Virus record (IMG/VR): IMGVR_UViG_3300013132_000041
Span: 1 to 64,000 of that record
Length of the DNA stretch: 64,000 nucleotides
Source: a virus
Reading direction: 5' to 3' (one strand)
Each line of letters starts with the position of its first letter. Position 1 is the first letter of the stretch. A program made the translations under genes and the position numbers. Under the pieces are notes generated by a model. That model did no database searches, was not told the origin of the DNA, and saw only the letters and a program-made list of their open reading frames with translations. This document shows positions 36,872 to 47,661 of this stretch, one piece after another.

Positions 36872-37588
36872 TCATGCTGATATTGGTAAATCACTACCTG
36901 GTGTATCTTCCAAATTACCAGTAGTTGGATTAAATTGTCGTCTCGCTGTTTTTTCCGGTAAACTTTCTTCAGGTCTTTTAATAAATGATTTTGAATCAGG
37001 GGGAGGGATGAACGGCATAGTTCTTTGAACAGTAGCTACTGTTTCGTTATCCATAACTGCTGTCCAATATCTGTAAGCAAACATAACAGTTAATCTATGT
37101 GTTTGATTTTGCGTTGCATTATTCAATGCCATTATATTAATAGATCTAGGAAAAGCTTCCTTCAGAACACATCTATAAGTAACGTTATCTGTTTCATCTA
37201 ATTGATAAATTGTAATGTCTTGAGCATACTCATCTTGATATGCAACCAAAAAAGTATCCTGTTCAACAATAGAATAACACCATTCCTCAAAAAATCTTTT
37301 TATAATCATTTCTCTATCAACATGAAAAGTCATAGATATACCTTCACCGCCGAATTCGGCGGATACTGGTCTTTGAAATGATGGTCCGAATATTTTATAG
37401 TTTTTAGTGTTTACTATTAAAGGTGGAAAATTGGTTTCTTCGCAGTATAAACTCACCACTCTACCAAACTGCCTGTAAAATGAATTTAAACCTAAAGGTA
37501 CGGGTATTTCTACTTCGAACCGATTTGGTCTTGCTAAACCATAACCCAAAACTTCGCTTCTAAATTCATTTAAACTAAATGTTGCCAT
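36872..37588 (-). CDS. gp54: Tail-tube-like baseplate-tube initiator (gp54-like)
   Basis: GLARPNRFEV...L.CE...P...Y...ITIYQLD...L.EAFP......L....N....LTV.FAYRYW. Confidence 0.7.
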   Translation of the reverse strand: MATFSLNEFRSEVLGYGLARPNRFEVEIPVPLGLNSFYRQFGRVVSLYCEETNFPPLIVNTKNYKIFGPSFQRPVSAEFGGEGISMTFHVDREMIIKRFFEEWCYSIVEQDTFLVAYQDEYAQDITIYQLDETDNVTYRCVLKEAFPRSINIMALNNATQNQTHRLTVMFAYRYWTAVMDNETVATVQRTMPFIPPPDSKSFIKRPEESLPEKTARRQFNPTTGNLEDTPGSDLPISA

Positions 37589-38151
37589 TAGTATTTTGCC
37601 TTTGAATCTTCCCAAACTTTGGTTTTATTTGCGCCCACAAATTTGTCTACGGGTAACAAAGCAGCAGTTACCCAATTAGTTATAGGTACTTCAAAAAATC
37701 TAGATTCCACGTGATCTGCTAAATAATGTTTTACACAAGCTTTAACTGGAGCCAGTCTAGAAGATCTAGTTAAAATTCTCCATGATATTTGTAGTTTTGT
37801 AGTCTCATTCATTTTGTCATTATTTAGATATTCCGAAAGATATCCTAACAATTTAAATCTTGCCAAGTACGGCAAATAATGTAAATTTAAGCCATAGAAA
37901 CCATTTGGTATTTTTCTAAAAGGTAATACCAGGGGAAAGGTATCATAATACGGTAATTTATTTTTATGTTTTGGATCATAAAAGAATAAATACATTTTAC
38001 CAGGAATCACTCTGTTTACTAGATATTCTCTTTCTCTCATAATGTTTGTGCCGCTCAAAGTACCAAGTTTTCTTACTTGGGCTTGATACCATTGAACAGA
38101 CATATCGACATTTTTTGGGTCGACAGATATGGAAGTAAAGGAGGTAGCCAT
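37588..38151 (-). CDS. gp2: DNA end protector gp2
   Basis: G.MY.F.YDPK.K.KLPYYD.FPLV...GLNLHYL...K.YL..HV. Confidence 0.9.
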   Translation of the reverse strand: MATSFTSISVDPKNVDMSVQWYQAQVRKLGTLSGTNIMREREYLVNRVIPGKMYLFFYDPKHKNKLPYYDTFPLVLPFRKIPNGFYGLNLHYLPYLARFKLLGYLSEYLNNDKMNETTKLQISWRILTRSSRLAPVKACVKHYLADHVESRFFEVPITNWVTAALLPVDKFVGANKTKVWEDSKAKY

Positions 38152-38155
38152 AGTA

Positions 38156-38614
38156 TTATTTATTGTAGGTTTGAATTCCTAAATCTTTCTCAGTAAGTAT
38201 CATGAATTTCATCTTGCGATCTTCGCAATATTCGAATGCTGCCTTCCATTTGGCTTCATTTACCCCATATTGGAACACCTCATCTATAAACTGTTTGGTT
38301 TTGCGTTTAGGTATAGAAGGAGGTTTGGTGAATTTTTCTGGTTTGATTTCTATTAGATATTTTTGAATTTTACCAGTTTTATCTAATACTTTAATAAAAA
38401 AATCCACGAAATATCTGTGTACTTTTTTATCAATAGGAGAAATATATGGAATAATAATTGTTTCTGAACCCCATTCTAAAATTGCGAGGTTGCCATCGCA
38501 CCATTTCATAAATTTGAGTTCCCAAAGAGACCTATAGATAACATTATTGATTTCTCCCCTATATTTACTGGGGTTTATTACTCTATATCGACCTTTGTAC
38601 GTATTTTTATACAT
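38156..38614 (-). CDS. gp4: Head completion nuclease gp4
   Basis: NP.KY.G....VIYRSLWE.KFM.WCD...W.SE...IPY.SP.D...HRYF.DF...EIKP...N.AKW.AA. Confidence 0.93.
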   Translation of the reverse strand: MYKNTYKGRYRVINPSKYRGEINNVIYRSLWELKFMKWCDGNLAILEWGSETIIIPYISPIDKKVHRYFVDFFIKVLDKTGKIQKYLIEIKPEKFTKPPSIPKRKTKQFIDEVFQYGVNEAKWKAAFEYCEDRKMKFMILTEKDLGIQTYNK

Positions 38615-38622
38615 AGTTTTGG

Positions 38623-38648
38623 AATAAATAATTTATCAACTATTTATA
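38623..38648. promoter_or_regulatory. Pair of opposite late promoters serving the divergent gp4 and gp48 operons
   Basis: AATAAATA (+) at 38623-30 and TATAAATA (-) at 38641-48. Confidence 0.65.
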
Positions 38649-38656
38649 GGCAAAAA

Positions 38657-39868
38657 ATGTCAGATTTAGCTACACAAAGATTAGACGACAGCCCTGTTTG
38701 GAATATTGATGTACAAGGTGTTAGCGACGAACAACAGTTTTTATCTGACGTAGGTAATACTGTTACTACATCCAGTAGATCTAAATTTGATATTAATGTT
38801 ATACGATTTCCCGAAACTTTGGGCACGGATCCTGGTTTACAACATTATGTCTCTTTTTCTATAAACGTAAGAGGTAAATCCAAATATTCTTTAGATGCTG
38901 ATAGATTATTTTCTATTACTAGAAATAATGCAGCTCAATTAACAGCAGATGAACTGGCTAATGCGACGGAAGGATTGGCTAAAGTAGGAGGAGCAGTACT
39001 AGGTGCTAGTTTGGGAAGTATGGCATCAAAAAAATTAGCAGATGCTTTACCCAAAAGTGGTAGTAAAAATACAGCAAATACTAATGTAGGTCGTACAGCT
39101 GCAGATAAAACGATACAAATTGGAGCAGGTGTATTGGGGGCAGCAGCCGGAGCTAAATTAGGTGAAACTGCAGCAGAAATTATTAATTCAACCGCTTTAT
39201 TGAAACCTGATGTATCTTATAGAATATCGGACGTAATAGCATTACATTTAGAGGAAAAACCTTCAGTAAAATATGCTGCAAATTATTCAAATAAAGATTT
39301 AGGAACACTAGCAGGTGTTCTTGGACAAACAGGGGGTGGCGATTTAACCGATACTCTTAAGAGCGCAGCAAACATGGGAGGGGAAATAGCATCTGCTGCT
39401 ATTTTAGGATTAGCAAAACTACCATCTATGTTTGGCGGCACAGATGTAAAATCTGTGATAGGAGCCGGAGCCAAAGTTGCACTAAATCCATTTAGAGAAG
39501 TATTATTTGAAGCAATAGATTTTAGAACATTTAGTTTTAAATACAGGCTAATGCCCAAAAGTGAAAAAGAATCAAAAGACATATACAATATTATAAGATT
39601 ATTTAAATTCCATATGCATCCCGAATTATCTAAAAATCGTTTATTTTTTATATATCCTGCAGAATTTCAAATAACTTATTTTTTTAGAAATCAACAAAAC
39701 AAATATTTTCATAATTTTGCCCCGTGTGTTTTAACTGATCTTCAGGTAGATTATGGAGGAGAACAATTTTCCTCATTTAGAGACGGAGCACCGACTGAAA
39801 TAAATTTATCTCTTACATTTAGAGAAACAGAAATTCTTACCAAAGATAAAATATTGGATGGATTCTAA
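38657..39868 (+). CDS. gp48: Baseplate tail-tube cap gp48
   Basis: NP..E.LF....FRTFSF.Y.L.PKS..E...I..II..FK.HMHP...P.EI.LSL.F.E.E.LT. Confidence 0.85.
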   Translation: MSDLATQRLDDSPVWNIDVQGVSDEQQFLSDVGNTVTTSSRSKFDINVIRFPETLGTDPGLQHYVSFSINVRGKSKYSLDADRLFSITRNNAAQLTADELANATEGLAKVGGAVLGASLGSMASKKLADALPKSGSKNTANTNVGRTAADKTIQIGAGVLGAAAGAKLGETAAEIINSTALLKPDVSYRISDVIALHLEEKPSVKYAANYSNKDLGTLAGVLGQTGGGDLTDTLKSAANMGGEIASAAILGLAKLPSMFGGTDVKSVIGAGAKVALNPFREVLFEAIDFRTFSFKYRLMPKSEKESKDIYNIIRLFKFHMHPELSKNRLFFIYPAEFQITYFFRNQQNKYFHNFAPCVLTDLQVDYGGEQFSSFRDGAPTEINLSLTFRETEILTKDKILDGF

Positions 39869-40362
39869 TGTATTTCGAAAAATTTCCTTATGATGTTTAT
39901 TCTTTAGATGATTTATCATCTGTTCAACTTGTAAAAGATATTTTACGCAGAATAACTATTACAGATGAAGTCAAAAATAATACAAGTATATTTGATCAAT
40001 ATGATATTAAAGAGGGTGAGACCCCTGAAAGATTAGCGGATAAATTTTATGGTGATTCTAACTATCATTGGGTAATTTTACATCTTAATGAAATAGTTGA
40101 TCCTAGATTCGATTGGCCATTATCAACTTACCAATTAGAACAATATGTGGGCTCTAAATATGGAATAGCTAATGTTCAAGCAACTCATCATTGGGAAGAT
40201 GGTAATGGAAATTGGGTTAACAACACTTATCCTTCAGCAACAGCAATTTCTAATTTCACGTATGAGGATAAATTAAATGAAGATAAAAGAAGAATTAAAA
40301 TTTTAAAACCAAGGTTTTTAGCTTCTGTAGAAACAGAATTTGATAATAAGATTAAACAATGA
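39868..40362 (+). CDS. gp53: Baseplate wedge gp53
   Basis: MYF..FP...Y.I.EGETPE.LA.KFYG....HWVIL..N...YE..LNE.KR.IK.LKP. Confidence 0.9.
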   Translation: MYFEKFPYDVYSLDDLSSVQLVKDILRRITITDEVKNNTSIFDQYDIKEGETPERLADKFYGDSNYHWVILHLNEIVDPRFDWPLSTYQLEQYVGSKYGIANVQATHHWEDGNGNWVNNTYPSATAISNFTYEDKLNEDKRRIKILKPRFLASVETEFDNKIKQ

Positions 40363-41711
40363 GATCTGAGGATGTCCTGCAAAAAGCAGGTGAAGTTATA
40401 ATAGAATCTATGAAATTACTTAGTGTTAATAATACATTAACTGATCTTGATGAATTTTTAATTGAATTAAATTTGTATGAGGATATATTTACCAATTTTA
40501 TGCGAGGTGAAATATCTTTGTCTGATAGTAGAAATCTAATTCAAAGTTTGCCTATAATTGGTGAAGAATACTTATTACTTAGATTTAGAACACCAACTTT
40601 TCCTAACGCTATAGAAAAAACCTTTAGAGTAGTTCAAATTACTGATAGAAAAATTGTAAGAGATAATAATACGCAAACTTTTGTATTACATTTTGTTTCT
40701 CAAGAATTAATAGCTGACGTTTTGCTTCCATTGTATAAAAGTTTTGAAGGAAGTATTGATGATGTTGTTATAGATATTTTTACTGATAATCTAATGATGA
40801 ATAGGGAATTTGAAACTAATAGTGATGAATCTATTCTCAAGGAAATAGAAATAGTTACCCCGTTAAAAGTAATTACAGAAACAGAAAATAAAGTAAAATT
40901 TGTAAGTCCAGGTTGGTCTCCCTTTAAGTGTATTAATTGGTTGGCATCTAAAGCAATACCTAAAGAAGGTAAAGCATGCAATTTTTTATTTTTCGAATCT
41001 AATAAAGCTTTTTATTTTGGTAGTATAGAATCAATTTTTGATTTTACAAATAAAAACAAAAGTTTTTTAGGAACCTATACTATATCAGCATCTAATATCA
41101 AAGAAATAGGCAACAATACTTTAAACAGAGAATTTTTTATCACAGAAAGTGTTGATATGGTAGCCACTACTGACCACATTAAAAATTATACCAATGGATA
41201 TTTGGCAAATAGATTAATAACATTAGATGTTTTTAATAAAGTATATGAATTAGTAGATTATGATCATACAACAGAATACTTTAATTATAAGCATACCTCA
41301 GGTGAAAATGCTATTCCAATTTTTGCAAAAGACAGTTTAAGAAATCCTGCATCTAGTGTGCATTTTTATCCTATTAATCCTAAACTATACAATAATTTTA
41401 CTGGTAATATTAACGAAAAAATTAAACAAATCTACGGAAATAGAAAATCCTCAATGCTTGAATTAACTAATTTAAAGTTAAATATTAATGTGCCGGGTAG
41501 AACAGATGTAGAAGTTGGTTCAATGTTAAGATTTAGTTATCCTGAACTCGGTCCACAAGACAACCCAAATACTAAAAATGAGGATATTCAGTATTCTGGG
41601 TACTATATTGTTACGGCTATCAGACATAAAATTACTAAAACTGATACTATAGAACATAGAATGATTATGGAAATTACTAAGGATTCACTTGTAGTGGGTG
41701 GTGACGTATGA
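40359..41711 (+). CDS. Baseplate hub protein (gp27-like)
   Basis: Between gp53 and gp5; YEDIF...G.I...D...LPIIGEE, FLFFE, VPG.....G...SG.Y.VTAIRH. Confidence 0.7.
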   Translation: MRSEDVLQKAGEVIIESMKLLSVNNTLTDLDEFLIELNLYEDIFTNFMRGEISLSDSRNLIQSLPIIGEEYLLLRFRTPTFPNAIEKTFRVVQITDRKIVRDNNTQTFVLHFVSQELIADVLLPLYKSFEGSIDDVVIDIFTDNLMMNREFETNSDESILKEIEIVTPLKVITETENKVKFVSPGWSPFKCINWLASKAIPKEGKACNFLFFESNKAFYFGSIESIFDFTNKNKSFLGTYTISASNIKEIGNNTLNREFFITESVDMVATTDHIKNYTNGYLANRLITLDVFNKVYELVDYDHTTEYFNYKHTSGENAIPIFAKDSLRNPASSVHFYPINPKLYNNFTGNINEKIKQIYGNRKSSMLELTNLKLNINVPGRTDVEVGSMLRFSYPELGPQDNPNTKNEDIQYSGYYIVTAIRHKITKTDTIEHRMIMEITKDSLVVGGDV

Positions 41712-42787
41712 ATATTTTTAATAAAGATGGATTTATATGGTGGATAGGTGTTGTAGAAGATAGAATGGATCCTGAAAAATCTGGCCGTGTACGAGTAAGA
41801 ATATATGGATATCATACCGACGATAAATTATTATTACCTACTAAAGATTTACCTTGGGCATTACCTATAACTCCCATTACATCTGCGTCTATTTCAGGTA
41901 TAGGTTCAACACCCTTAGGCCCAATTGAGGGTACTTGGGTAATTGGTTTTTTCCTCGACGGCGCTGATATGCAGCAACCTGCTATTTTTGGAACGATAGC
42001 TACTAAAGCTGCGCCAAAAGTATTTGTTCAAACTGAAGAAAAACCTGTAGTGGTAAACACGAATGATGGCATATTGAAAGATAGTCAAGGGCAACCCGTA
42101 GTAGATAGTAGTGGGCAACCAATAAGAGCAGGAGTGCCAGCAGTGGAAGGTTGGGAATTAGGGCAAACTTCAGAAAAATATGAAACTGGAGGAAAAGGTC
42201 CAGGCACTATAAACAACTATGCTAACACTGGAGATTTTGGAGGAGCGTCATATGGTACTTATCAGTTTGCTTCCTATTTACCCGAAACATTACCAAATGG
42301 TAAAGCCAGACCTAATTCCAAAAAATCGCCTTTAAAAGATTATTTAGCAGCATCTAGATATGGAGAAAAATTTACAGGAATGGAACCAGCTACATCTTCA
42401 TTTGATAATATGTGGAAATCGTTGGCTGCATCCAATCCTATAGAATTTAAAAAAGATCAACACGATTTTATACAAACTAAATACTACGATGTAATGTTAG
42501 CTAGCCTTAAAAGAAAAGGCTTGGATTTGTCTAAGTTTGGCCCGGGGGTGCAAGATCTAGTATGGTCAACTGCAGTTCAACTAGGACCTAATAGAACAAG
42601 TGTTTTTACTACACCTTTAGAAGGTAAAAGCGAATTGACCGATAAAGATATAATTGAACTTGTATCTAATTTTAAAATTAACAGCGTAGATACATTTTTT
42701 AAATCAAGCTCAGATAATATAAAAACTAGCGTTAAAACAAGATGGCAAAATGAAAAAACAGATTTGCTTAAACTGGTACAAGCATGA
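41708..42787 (+). CDS. gp5: gp5 N-terminal part: OB-fold plus a lysozyme-like peptidoglycan hydrolase domain
   Basis: WWIGVVEDR.DP...GRVRVR..G.H...LPWA...G.WV.GFF.DG...Q.P; then SEKYETGG.GPGTI...D.GGASYGTYQF, resembling the VgrG3 C-terminal domain. Confidence 0.8.
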   Translation: MNIFNKDGFIWWIGVVEDRMDPEKSGRVRVRIYGYHTDDKLLLPTKDLPWALPITPITSASISGIGSTPLGPIEGTWVIGFFLDGADMQQPAIFGTIATKAAPKVFVQTEEKPVVVNTNDGILKDSQGQPVVDSSGQPIRAGVPAVEGWELGQTSEKYETGGKGPGTINNYANTGDFGGASYGTYQFASYLPETLPNGKARPNSKKSPLKDYLAASRYGEKFTGMEPATSSFDNMWKSLAASNPIEFKKDQHDFIQTKYYDVMLASLKRKGLDLSKFGPGVQDLVWSTAVQLGPNRTSVFTTPLEGKSELTDKDIIELVSNFKINSVDTFFKSSSDNIKTSVKTRWQNEKTDLLKLVQA

Positions 42788-45129
42788 GTGATTCTATTAC
42801 TAAATTAGTAGGAGGTAGATTAGCTTCATCTTTAGGTAAAGCATTTGCTAGTCAAAATAATTTACCTATCAATAATACAGTGTTGAATACTATTATACCC
42901 AGTATTTCCACTAACATTGCTAAAGAAACTACAGGTATAGTTAATAAAGAAGCAAATTATCAGCTAAACGAAATTCCTAAAAATTTAGTAGGTATTAATA
43001 ATCCGGTAAATATAGTTTCTGGAAATATTCCTACATCTGCTTTGACCAATACTTTAAGAGATAATTTAGATGGCAAAGTTTATTCTGACGTAAATAATTC
43101 TATTTTACGAAAAGTAAACGAAGTGCTTAGTTTAAATTTACCTGGTGGTAGTAATAATCCTAGTTTTGAAAGTTTAAAAAATAATATTTTAAATTCTGTT
43201 CAAAATGATGTCGACAGAATAGTTAATTTAGCTTTAGGTAATTTTACAAATGGTGTTTTTAGTACTGGTATAACAATTCCGCCCATAGTGCCAGGTATAG
43301 ATAATTTATTTAATTCTGGTGATTCAAGTATCGGATTGCAAAGATATGATGATCAATATAACTCAGCATTAGTAGGTAAAGCGTTAACAGAATCTCAACG
43401 TTTTAATCCTGTAAATTCAGAAAATATTGCTAAATTGGAAGTAACTAGAACAGGTTTTTCTGATCCAACTGCAACCTACCCAACTGAGGAATATAAAAAC
43501 AGACCCGATACAAATAAACTAGCTACGGGCGACGTAAACGGAACAGTAGTTCAAAAGAAAAATGAAGAACGGATGATTGGGGCCAAATTACCAGGCAATT
43601 CTTCTTGGTCACAGCCCGAATCCCCCTTTAAAGGTGAGTATCCATACAATAAAGTTACACAAACAGAGCAAGGTCACATTATTGAAATAGATGATACGCC
43701 AGGTGCAGAAAGATTACACATATATCATAAATCTGGAACATTTGTTGAAATAGATTCCAACGGCTCTTTGGTAAAACGAACCAAAGGTTCCAATTATGAA
43801 ATAATAGATAGAAACGGATATATTTCAATAGCAGGTAAAGCTGATATTTCTATAAATGGAGCATGTAATATTTTTGTGGGAAATGATGCAAATATAGAAG
43901 TTGAGGGTGATACTAATATTACATGTCATAATGATATTACTGCACAAGCAGGCGGTGCTTTTAGATTATCTGCAGTTGAAAGTTTTAGTATTAGAAGTGC
44001 TAATGTATTCATAGAAGCAGACAATGAATTAAATGTTTTATCTGGGAATGTTACCAAATTATCGTCTAATGTGATACATGGTAATGCTATATCTAATATG
44101 TTTATCTCCTCTAAAGATTATTATGGTAAATATAACAACAATTATTACATTGAAGTTTTGAATGATTCCCACCTTAAAGTTGCAGGCGACCAATATATTT
44201 CATCAGATAATTTTTATAATAAACAATCTGCTTCTTTTTATGTAGAAACAGGTAATGATTTACATCTTAATGTAACGGGTAATTTTAATGCAGATACAGG
44301 TGGTATTTTTGATTTTGCAAATGGTTCCGCAGACACATCGAAAAATGCTTTGGAATCTTTAAGAGCAACAACTGCTTTAAATTCATATGCAGGATTAATG
44401 ATAGGTAGAAAAGATATAAATTACATAGATATAGCTGATCCGTTGTTTCTTACAACAGCAGATTTGTATGTATTGTCCGCAGAAGAACCAAATGATTCTG
44501 AAACAGAGGTAAATATAACTAGAAAGAACGCATCTACTGCAGGAATAGTTTCTAAGGAAAAATTTGAAGAAATACCTGTACCTTTAGTATCAGATAAACC
44601 AAAAAGTGATAACAGTATTTTCATAACACCTGGCGCAGAACTTAAAAGTATTTCAGAGGCACCAGATAACTTTAATTTGTCTCCCAATTTTACGTTGGGT
44701 ATGCTTTCTAGTAAAGCCGCAGTGACAAAAAATAAACTTACAGCCCAGGCAGGAAGAACATACGGAGAATTACTATTTAATCTAAGCGCAATAGCTTTGA
44801 ATATATGTGAGCCTGTTCTTAAATTATATCCTAACATGTACGTTACTTCGGCTTTTAGATTATCTGGTAATTCTTCATCCACATCGCAACATCCATTGGG
44901 GCAAGCAGTTGATATTCAATTCAAAGGAGTAAGTAAAAAAGAATATTATGAGATTGCTAAAATTTTAGCAACTAAGTTGAACTACGATCAATTACTGTTA
45001 GAATATGCAGCAACTACTAATAATCCCTGGATACATATATCTTTGGATGTTGCAAAAAATAATAGAATTCAAGTGATGACTTTTAATGATCATAAAAAAT
45101 ATGCCGATGGTTTGAGTCAATTGGCATAA
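42784..45129 (+). CDS. gp5: gp5 C-terminal part: beta-helix spike plus a C-terminal M15 Zn peptidase
   Basis: YPYNKV..TE.GH..E.DDTPGAER.H.YH.SGTF.E; LSPNFTL...TS.FR...SQH..GQAVDI...WIHIS. Confidence 0.8.
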   Translation: MSDSITKLVGGRLASSLGKAFASQNNLPINNTVLNTIIPSISTNIAKETTGIVNKEANYQLNEIPKNLVGINNPVNIVSGNIPTSALTNTLRDNLDGKVYSDVNNSILRKVNEVLSLNLPGGSNNPSFESLKNNILNSVQNDVDRIVNLALGNFTNGVFSTGITIPPIVPGIDNLFNSGDSSIGLQRYDDQYNSALVGKALTESQRFNPVNSENIAKLEVTRTGFSDPTATYPTEEYKNRPDTNKLATGDVNGTVVQKKNEERMIGAKLPGNSSWSQPESPFKGEYPYNKVTQTEQGHIIEIDDTPGAERLHIYHKSGTFVEIDSNGSLVKRTKGSNYEIIDRNGYISIAGKADISINGACNIFVGNDANIEVEGDTNITCHNDITAQAGGAFRLSAVESFSIRSANVFIEADNELNVLSGNVTKLSSNVIHGNAISNMFISSKDYYGKYNNNYYIEVLNDSHLKVAGDQYISSDNFYNKQSASFYVETGNDLHLNVTGNFNADTGGIFDFANGSADTSKNALESLRATTALNSYAGLMIGRKDINYIDIADPLFLTTADLYVLSAEEPNDSETEVNITRKNASTAGIVSKEKFEEIPVPLVSDKPKSDNSIFITPGAELKSISEAPDNFNLSPNFTLGMLSSKAAVTKNKLTAQAGRTYGELLFNLSAIALNICEPVLKLYPNMYVTSAFRLSGNSSSTSQHPLGQAVDIQFKGVSKKEYYEIAKILATKLNYDQLLLEYAATTNNPWIHISLDVAKNNRIQVMTFNDHKKYADGLSQLA

Positions 45130-45144
45130 CCGATAAATAATAAA

Positions 45145-45408
45145 ATGCCTGGAATTTCAAGAGTAGGTCTAGATACCGCCGGAGGCTTAATAGTTGGTGT
45201 TCTGCAAACTAAAGTTAAAGTAGAAAATAGATATGTAGCCTTAATAGGTGCAGCAATTCAAAGCCATGGTAGTGGATCGCATGGCAGTGCTATAATGATC
45301 GGAGGATCTTCTAAGGTTTTTATACAAGGTATAGGTGTTTGCCGACAAGGTGATAGTGCGTCGTGTGGACACTTTGCTACGGGTTCATCAAAAGTTTTTG
45401 CTGGATAA
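45145..45408 (+). CDS. PAAR spike-tip protein (gp5.4-like)
   Basis: H...H...GSSKVF..G..VCRQGD..SCGH...GSSKVFAG; GATAAATA at 45132-39. Confidence 0.88.
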   Translation: MPGISRVGLDTAGGLIVGVLQTKVKVENRYVALIGAAIQSHGSGSHGSAIMIGGSSKVFIQGIGVCRQGDSASCGHFATGSSKVFAG

Positions 45409-45409
45409 A

Positions 45410-45811
45410 ATGGCAACGATACAAAGAAATACTAGAGAATTTACAGATTTTAGTTTAATTTTTAATGCACATCCCTCTACTTTAGATGTGGTAAAAAAAT
45501 CAGATGCTGACGCTATTAAACAATCATTAAAAAATTTATTATTAACTAAACATTATGAACGACCATTTCATCCCGAAATAGGATGCCAAATTCATAGTCT
45601 ATTGTTTGAAAATTGGGATCCAATTGTTGAAAGAACAATGCAACAAACTATTTTAGACTTGGTAAATAAATTTGAACCAAGGGTTAAGATATTAGATATA
45701 CGAATAAATCCTTTACCTGACGACAACGGATTAAATATTACTTTGGAATTTAAAATAATTAATACTGACAGACCTGTGACATTCACAACAGCTTTAACTA
45801 GAGTACGATAA
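45410..45811 (+). CDS. gp25: Baseplate wedge gp25
   Basis: AIKQSLKNLLLT...ERPF.P.IG..I..LLFE...FEPRV. Confidence 0.92.
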   Translation: MATIQRNTREFTDFSLIFNAHPSTLDVVKKSDADAIKQSLKNLLLTKHYERPFHPEIGCQIHSLLFENWDPIVERTMQQTILDLVNKFEPRVKILDIRINPLPDDNGLNITLEFKIINTDRPVTFTTALTRVR

Positions 45812-47661
45812 TGGCTAACCTTAGAATAGCAGAGCTTGATTTTGGCACTATAAAATCTAATCTTAAAACTTTTCTAAAAGCACAGAACGAATTTTCGGAT
45901 TATGATTTTGAGGGATCGGGATTATCTACTTTAATTGATTTATTGTCCTATAATACTCATTATAATGCATATCTGGCAAACATGTTAGTAAATGAAATGT
46001 TTTTGGATAGTGCAGTAAAAAGGACGTCAGCTGTATCGATTGCAAAACATTTGGGTTATACTCCTAGATCTGTACGAGGAGCTAGAGCAACTATAACTGT
46101 TCAAGTAAATAGCCCAACAGGATCTCCATCCAATGTTACAATGGATAGATATACGCCGTTTACTACTACAGTTAACGGTACAAGTTTTACTTTTTTAAAT
46201 ACTGTTCCATATACTGTTACTCCATCTGGCGGCAATTATATTTTCACAGATATTGAGATAGTTGAGGGTCAAAACTTTGAATACAAATACACAGTAGCAT
46301 CGCCAGGTCCTTCAGAAAAATTTGAAATACCTTCCGAAAACGTTGATACATCTACACTTAGAGTTTTAGTACAAAATTCATCTGCTGACACTATACAAAC
46401 TGTGTATTCGTTATACAATGAATTATCAGCAGTCGAATCAGATTCTTTAGTGTATTATATTGAAGAAAATGCTAACGGTAGATATCAAATTTATTTTGGT
46501 GATGATGTTTTAGGGAAAAAACTTATAGCAGGAAATATAGTAATTATTCAATATTTGGTTTCCAGTGGTTCAGATTGTAATGTATCTAGCTTGTTGCCTC
46601 AAACCTTCTCTCTATCCGGAACTATAGATGGTAATAGTAATGTCACTATAACTGTAGGAAGCAATTCTACAGGTGGGGCTCCCAAAGAAACTATATCAGA
46701 AATAAAATTTAACGCGCCTAGGCAATATTTAAGTCAAAACAGAGCAGTGACATCTGATGATTATAAAACTATAATACAAACTAATTATCCTTTAGCACAA
46801 TCAATAGCAGTTTGGGGAGGGGAAGACAATGTGCCTCCTATATATGGTAAGGTTTTGATTTCACTTAAACCTTATGCGGGTTATGTAATAAGTAATTTGA
46901 CAAAAGAATCCATAAAAAATGATATTCTTGCATCTAAAAAAGCTATAGGTATACAAATAGATTTTGTGGAACCTCAATACTTTTATGTTAATTTAAATGT
47001 AACAGTAAATTACAATAGTAGAAATACTACATTATCTAATTCACAAATTAAAACTTTAGCTACTAATGCTATAACTAATTATTTCGCAAACAATCTTGAA
47101 AAATTTGATGCTGATTTTTATCTTTCTAAGCTATCGAAAGCTATAGATGATTCAAGTTCTGCTATAGTTGGCAGTCTTATAACTTTATCTTTACAGAAAA
47201 GAATTGAACCTACTCTTAATGTAAATAATTCTTTTTTAAGTAGTGATTCTATTAGATTTTTTCATAAAATTAAACCATATGGTATTTCTTCCACACGATT
47301 TAATATAATAGTTGGGACAGAAACAACTGCAGTTACAATAACTGATACACCGAACGATACCCCTATTAATGACAACGGTTTAGGTACTTTAATTTTAAAA
47401 AATGTATTGACGGGTTCTACTGTAAGCACAAATATAGGATCAATAAATTATGCTACAGGTGAAATTACTATTACGTCTTTGTTGCCAATAGGTTATCCTT
47501 CAGGTCAAACAGATATAAGAATTAATGCCAGATTGCAAGAAGCTTCTTACAATCTAGTTGCCAATAGAGAACAAATTATAGTTTTAGACGATAGTACTTT
47601 AGATCCTCTTGCTAGCAGACAATCTGGTTTAACTGTAACTGCCTTAGATATAGCATTGTAA
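45811..47661 (+). CDS. gp6: Baseplate wedge gp6
   Basis: LDF..IK.NLK.FL..Q.EF.DYDFEGS, NEMFLDSA..R..AVS.AK.LGY.P.S, QNRAVT..DY. Confidence 0.93.
   Translation: MANLRIAELDFGTIKSNLKTFLKAQNEFSDYDFEGSGLSTLIDLLSYNTHYNAYLANMLVNEMFLDSAVKRTSAVSIAKHLGYTPRSVRGARATITVQVNSPTGSPSNVTMDRYTPFTTTVNGTSFTFLNTVPYTVTPSGGNYIFTDIEIVEGQNFEYKYTVASPGPSEKFEIPSENVDTSTLRVLVQNSSADTIQTVYSLYNELSAVESDSLVYYIEENANGRYQIYFGDDVLGKKLIAGNIVIIQYLVSSGSDCNVSSLLPQTFSLSGTIDGNSNVTITVGSNSTGGAPKETISEIKFNAPRQYLSQNRAVTSDDYKTIIQTNYPLAQSIAVWGGEDNVPPIYGKVLISLKPYAGYVISNLTKESIKNDILASKKAIGIQIDFVEPQYFYVNLNVTVNYNSRNTTLSNSQIKTLATNAITNYFANNLEKFDADFYLSKLSKAIDDSSSAIVGSLITLSLQKRIEPTLNVNNSFLSSDSIRFFHKIKPYGISSTRFNIIVGTETTAVTITDTPNDTPINDNGLGTLILKNVLTGSTVSTNIGSINYATGEITITSLLPIGYPSGQTDIRINARLQEASYNLVANREQIIVLDDSTLDPLASRQSGLTVTALDIAL

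Noticed and set aside
42760-42800. Programmed frameshift joining the two gp5 genes
   Set aside because: The downstream frame has a TAA four codons before its ATG and no slippery heptamer. The ATGA overlap is ordinary translational coupling.
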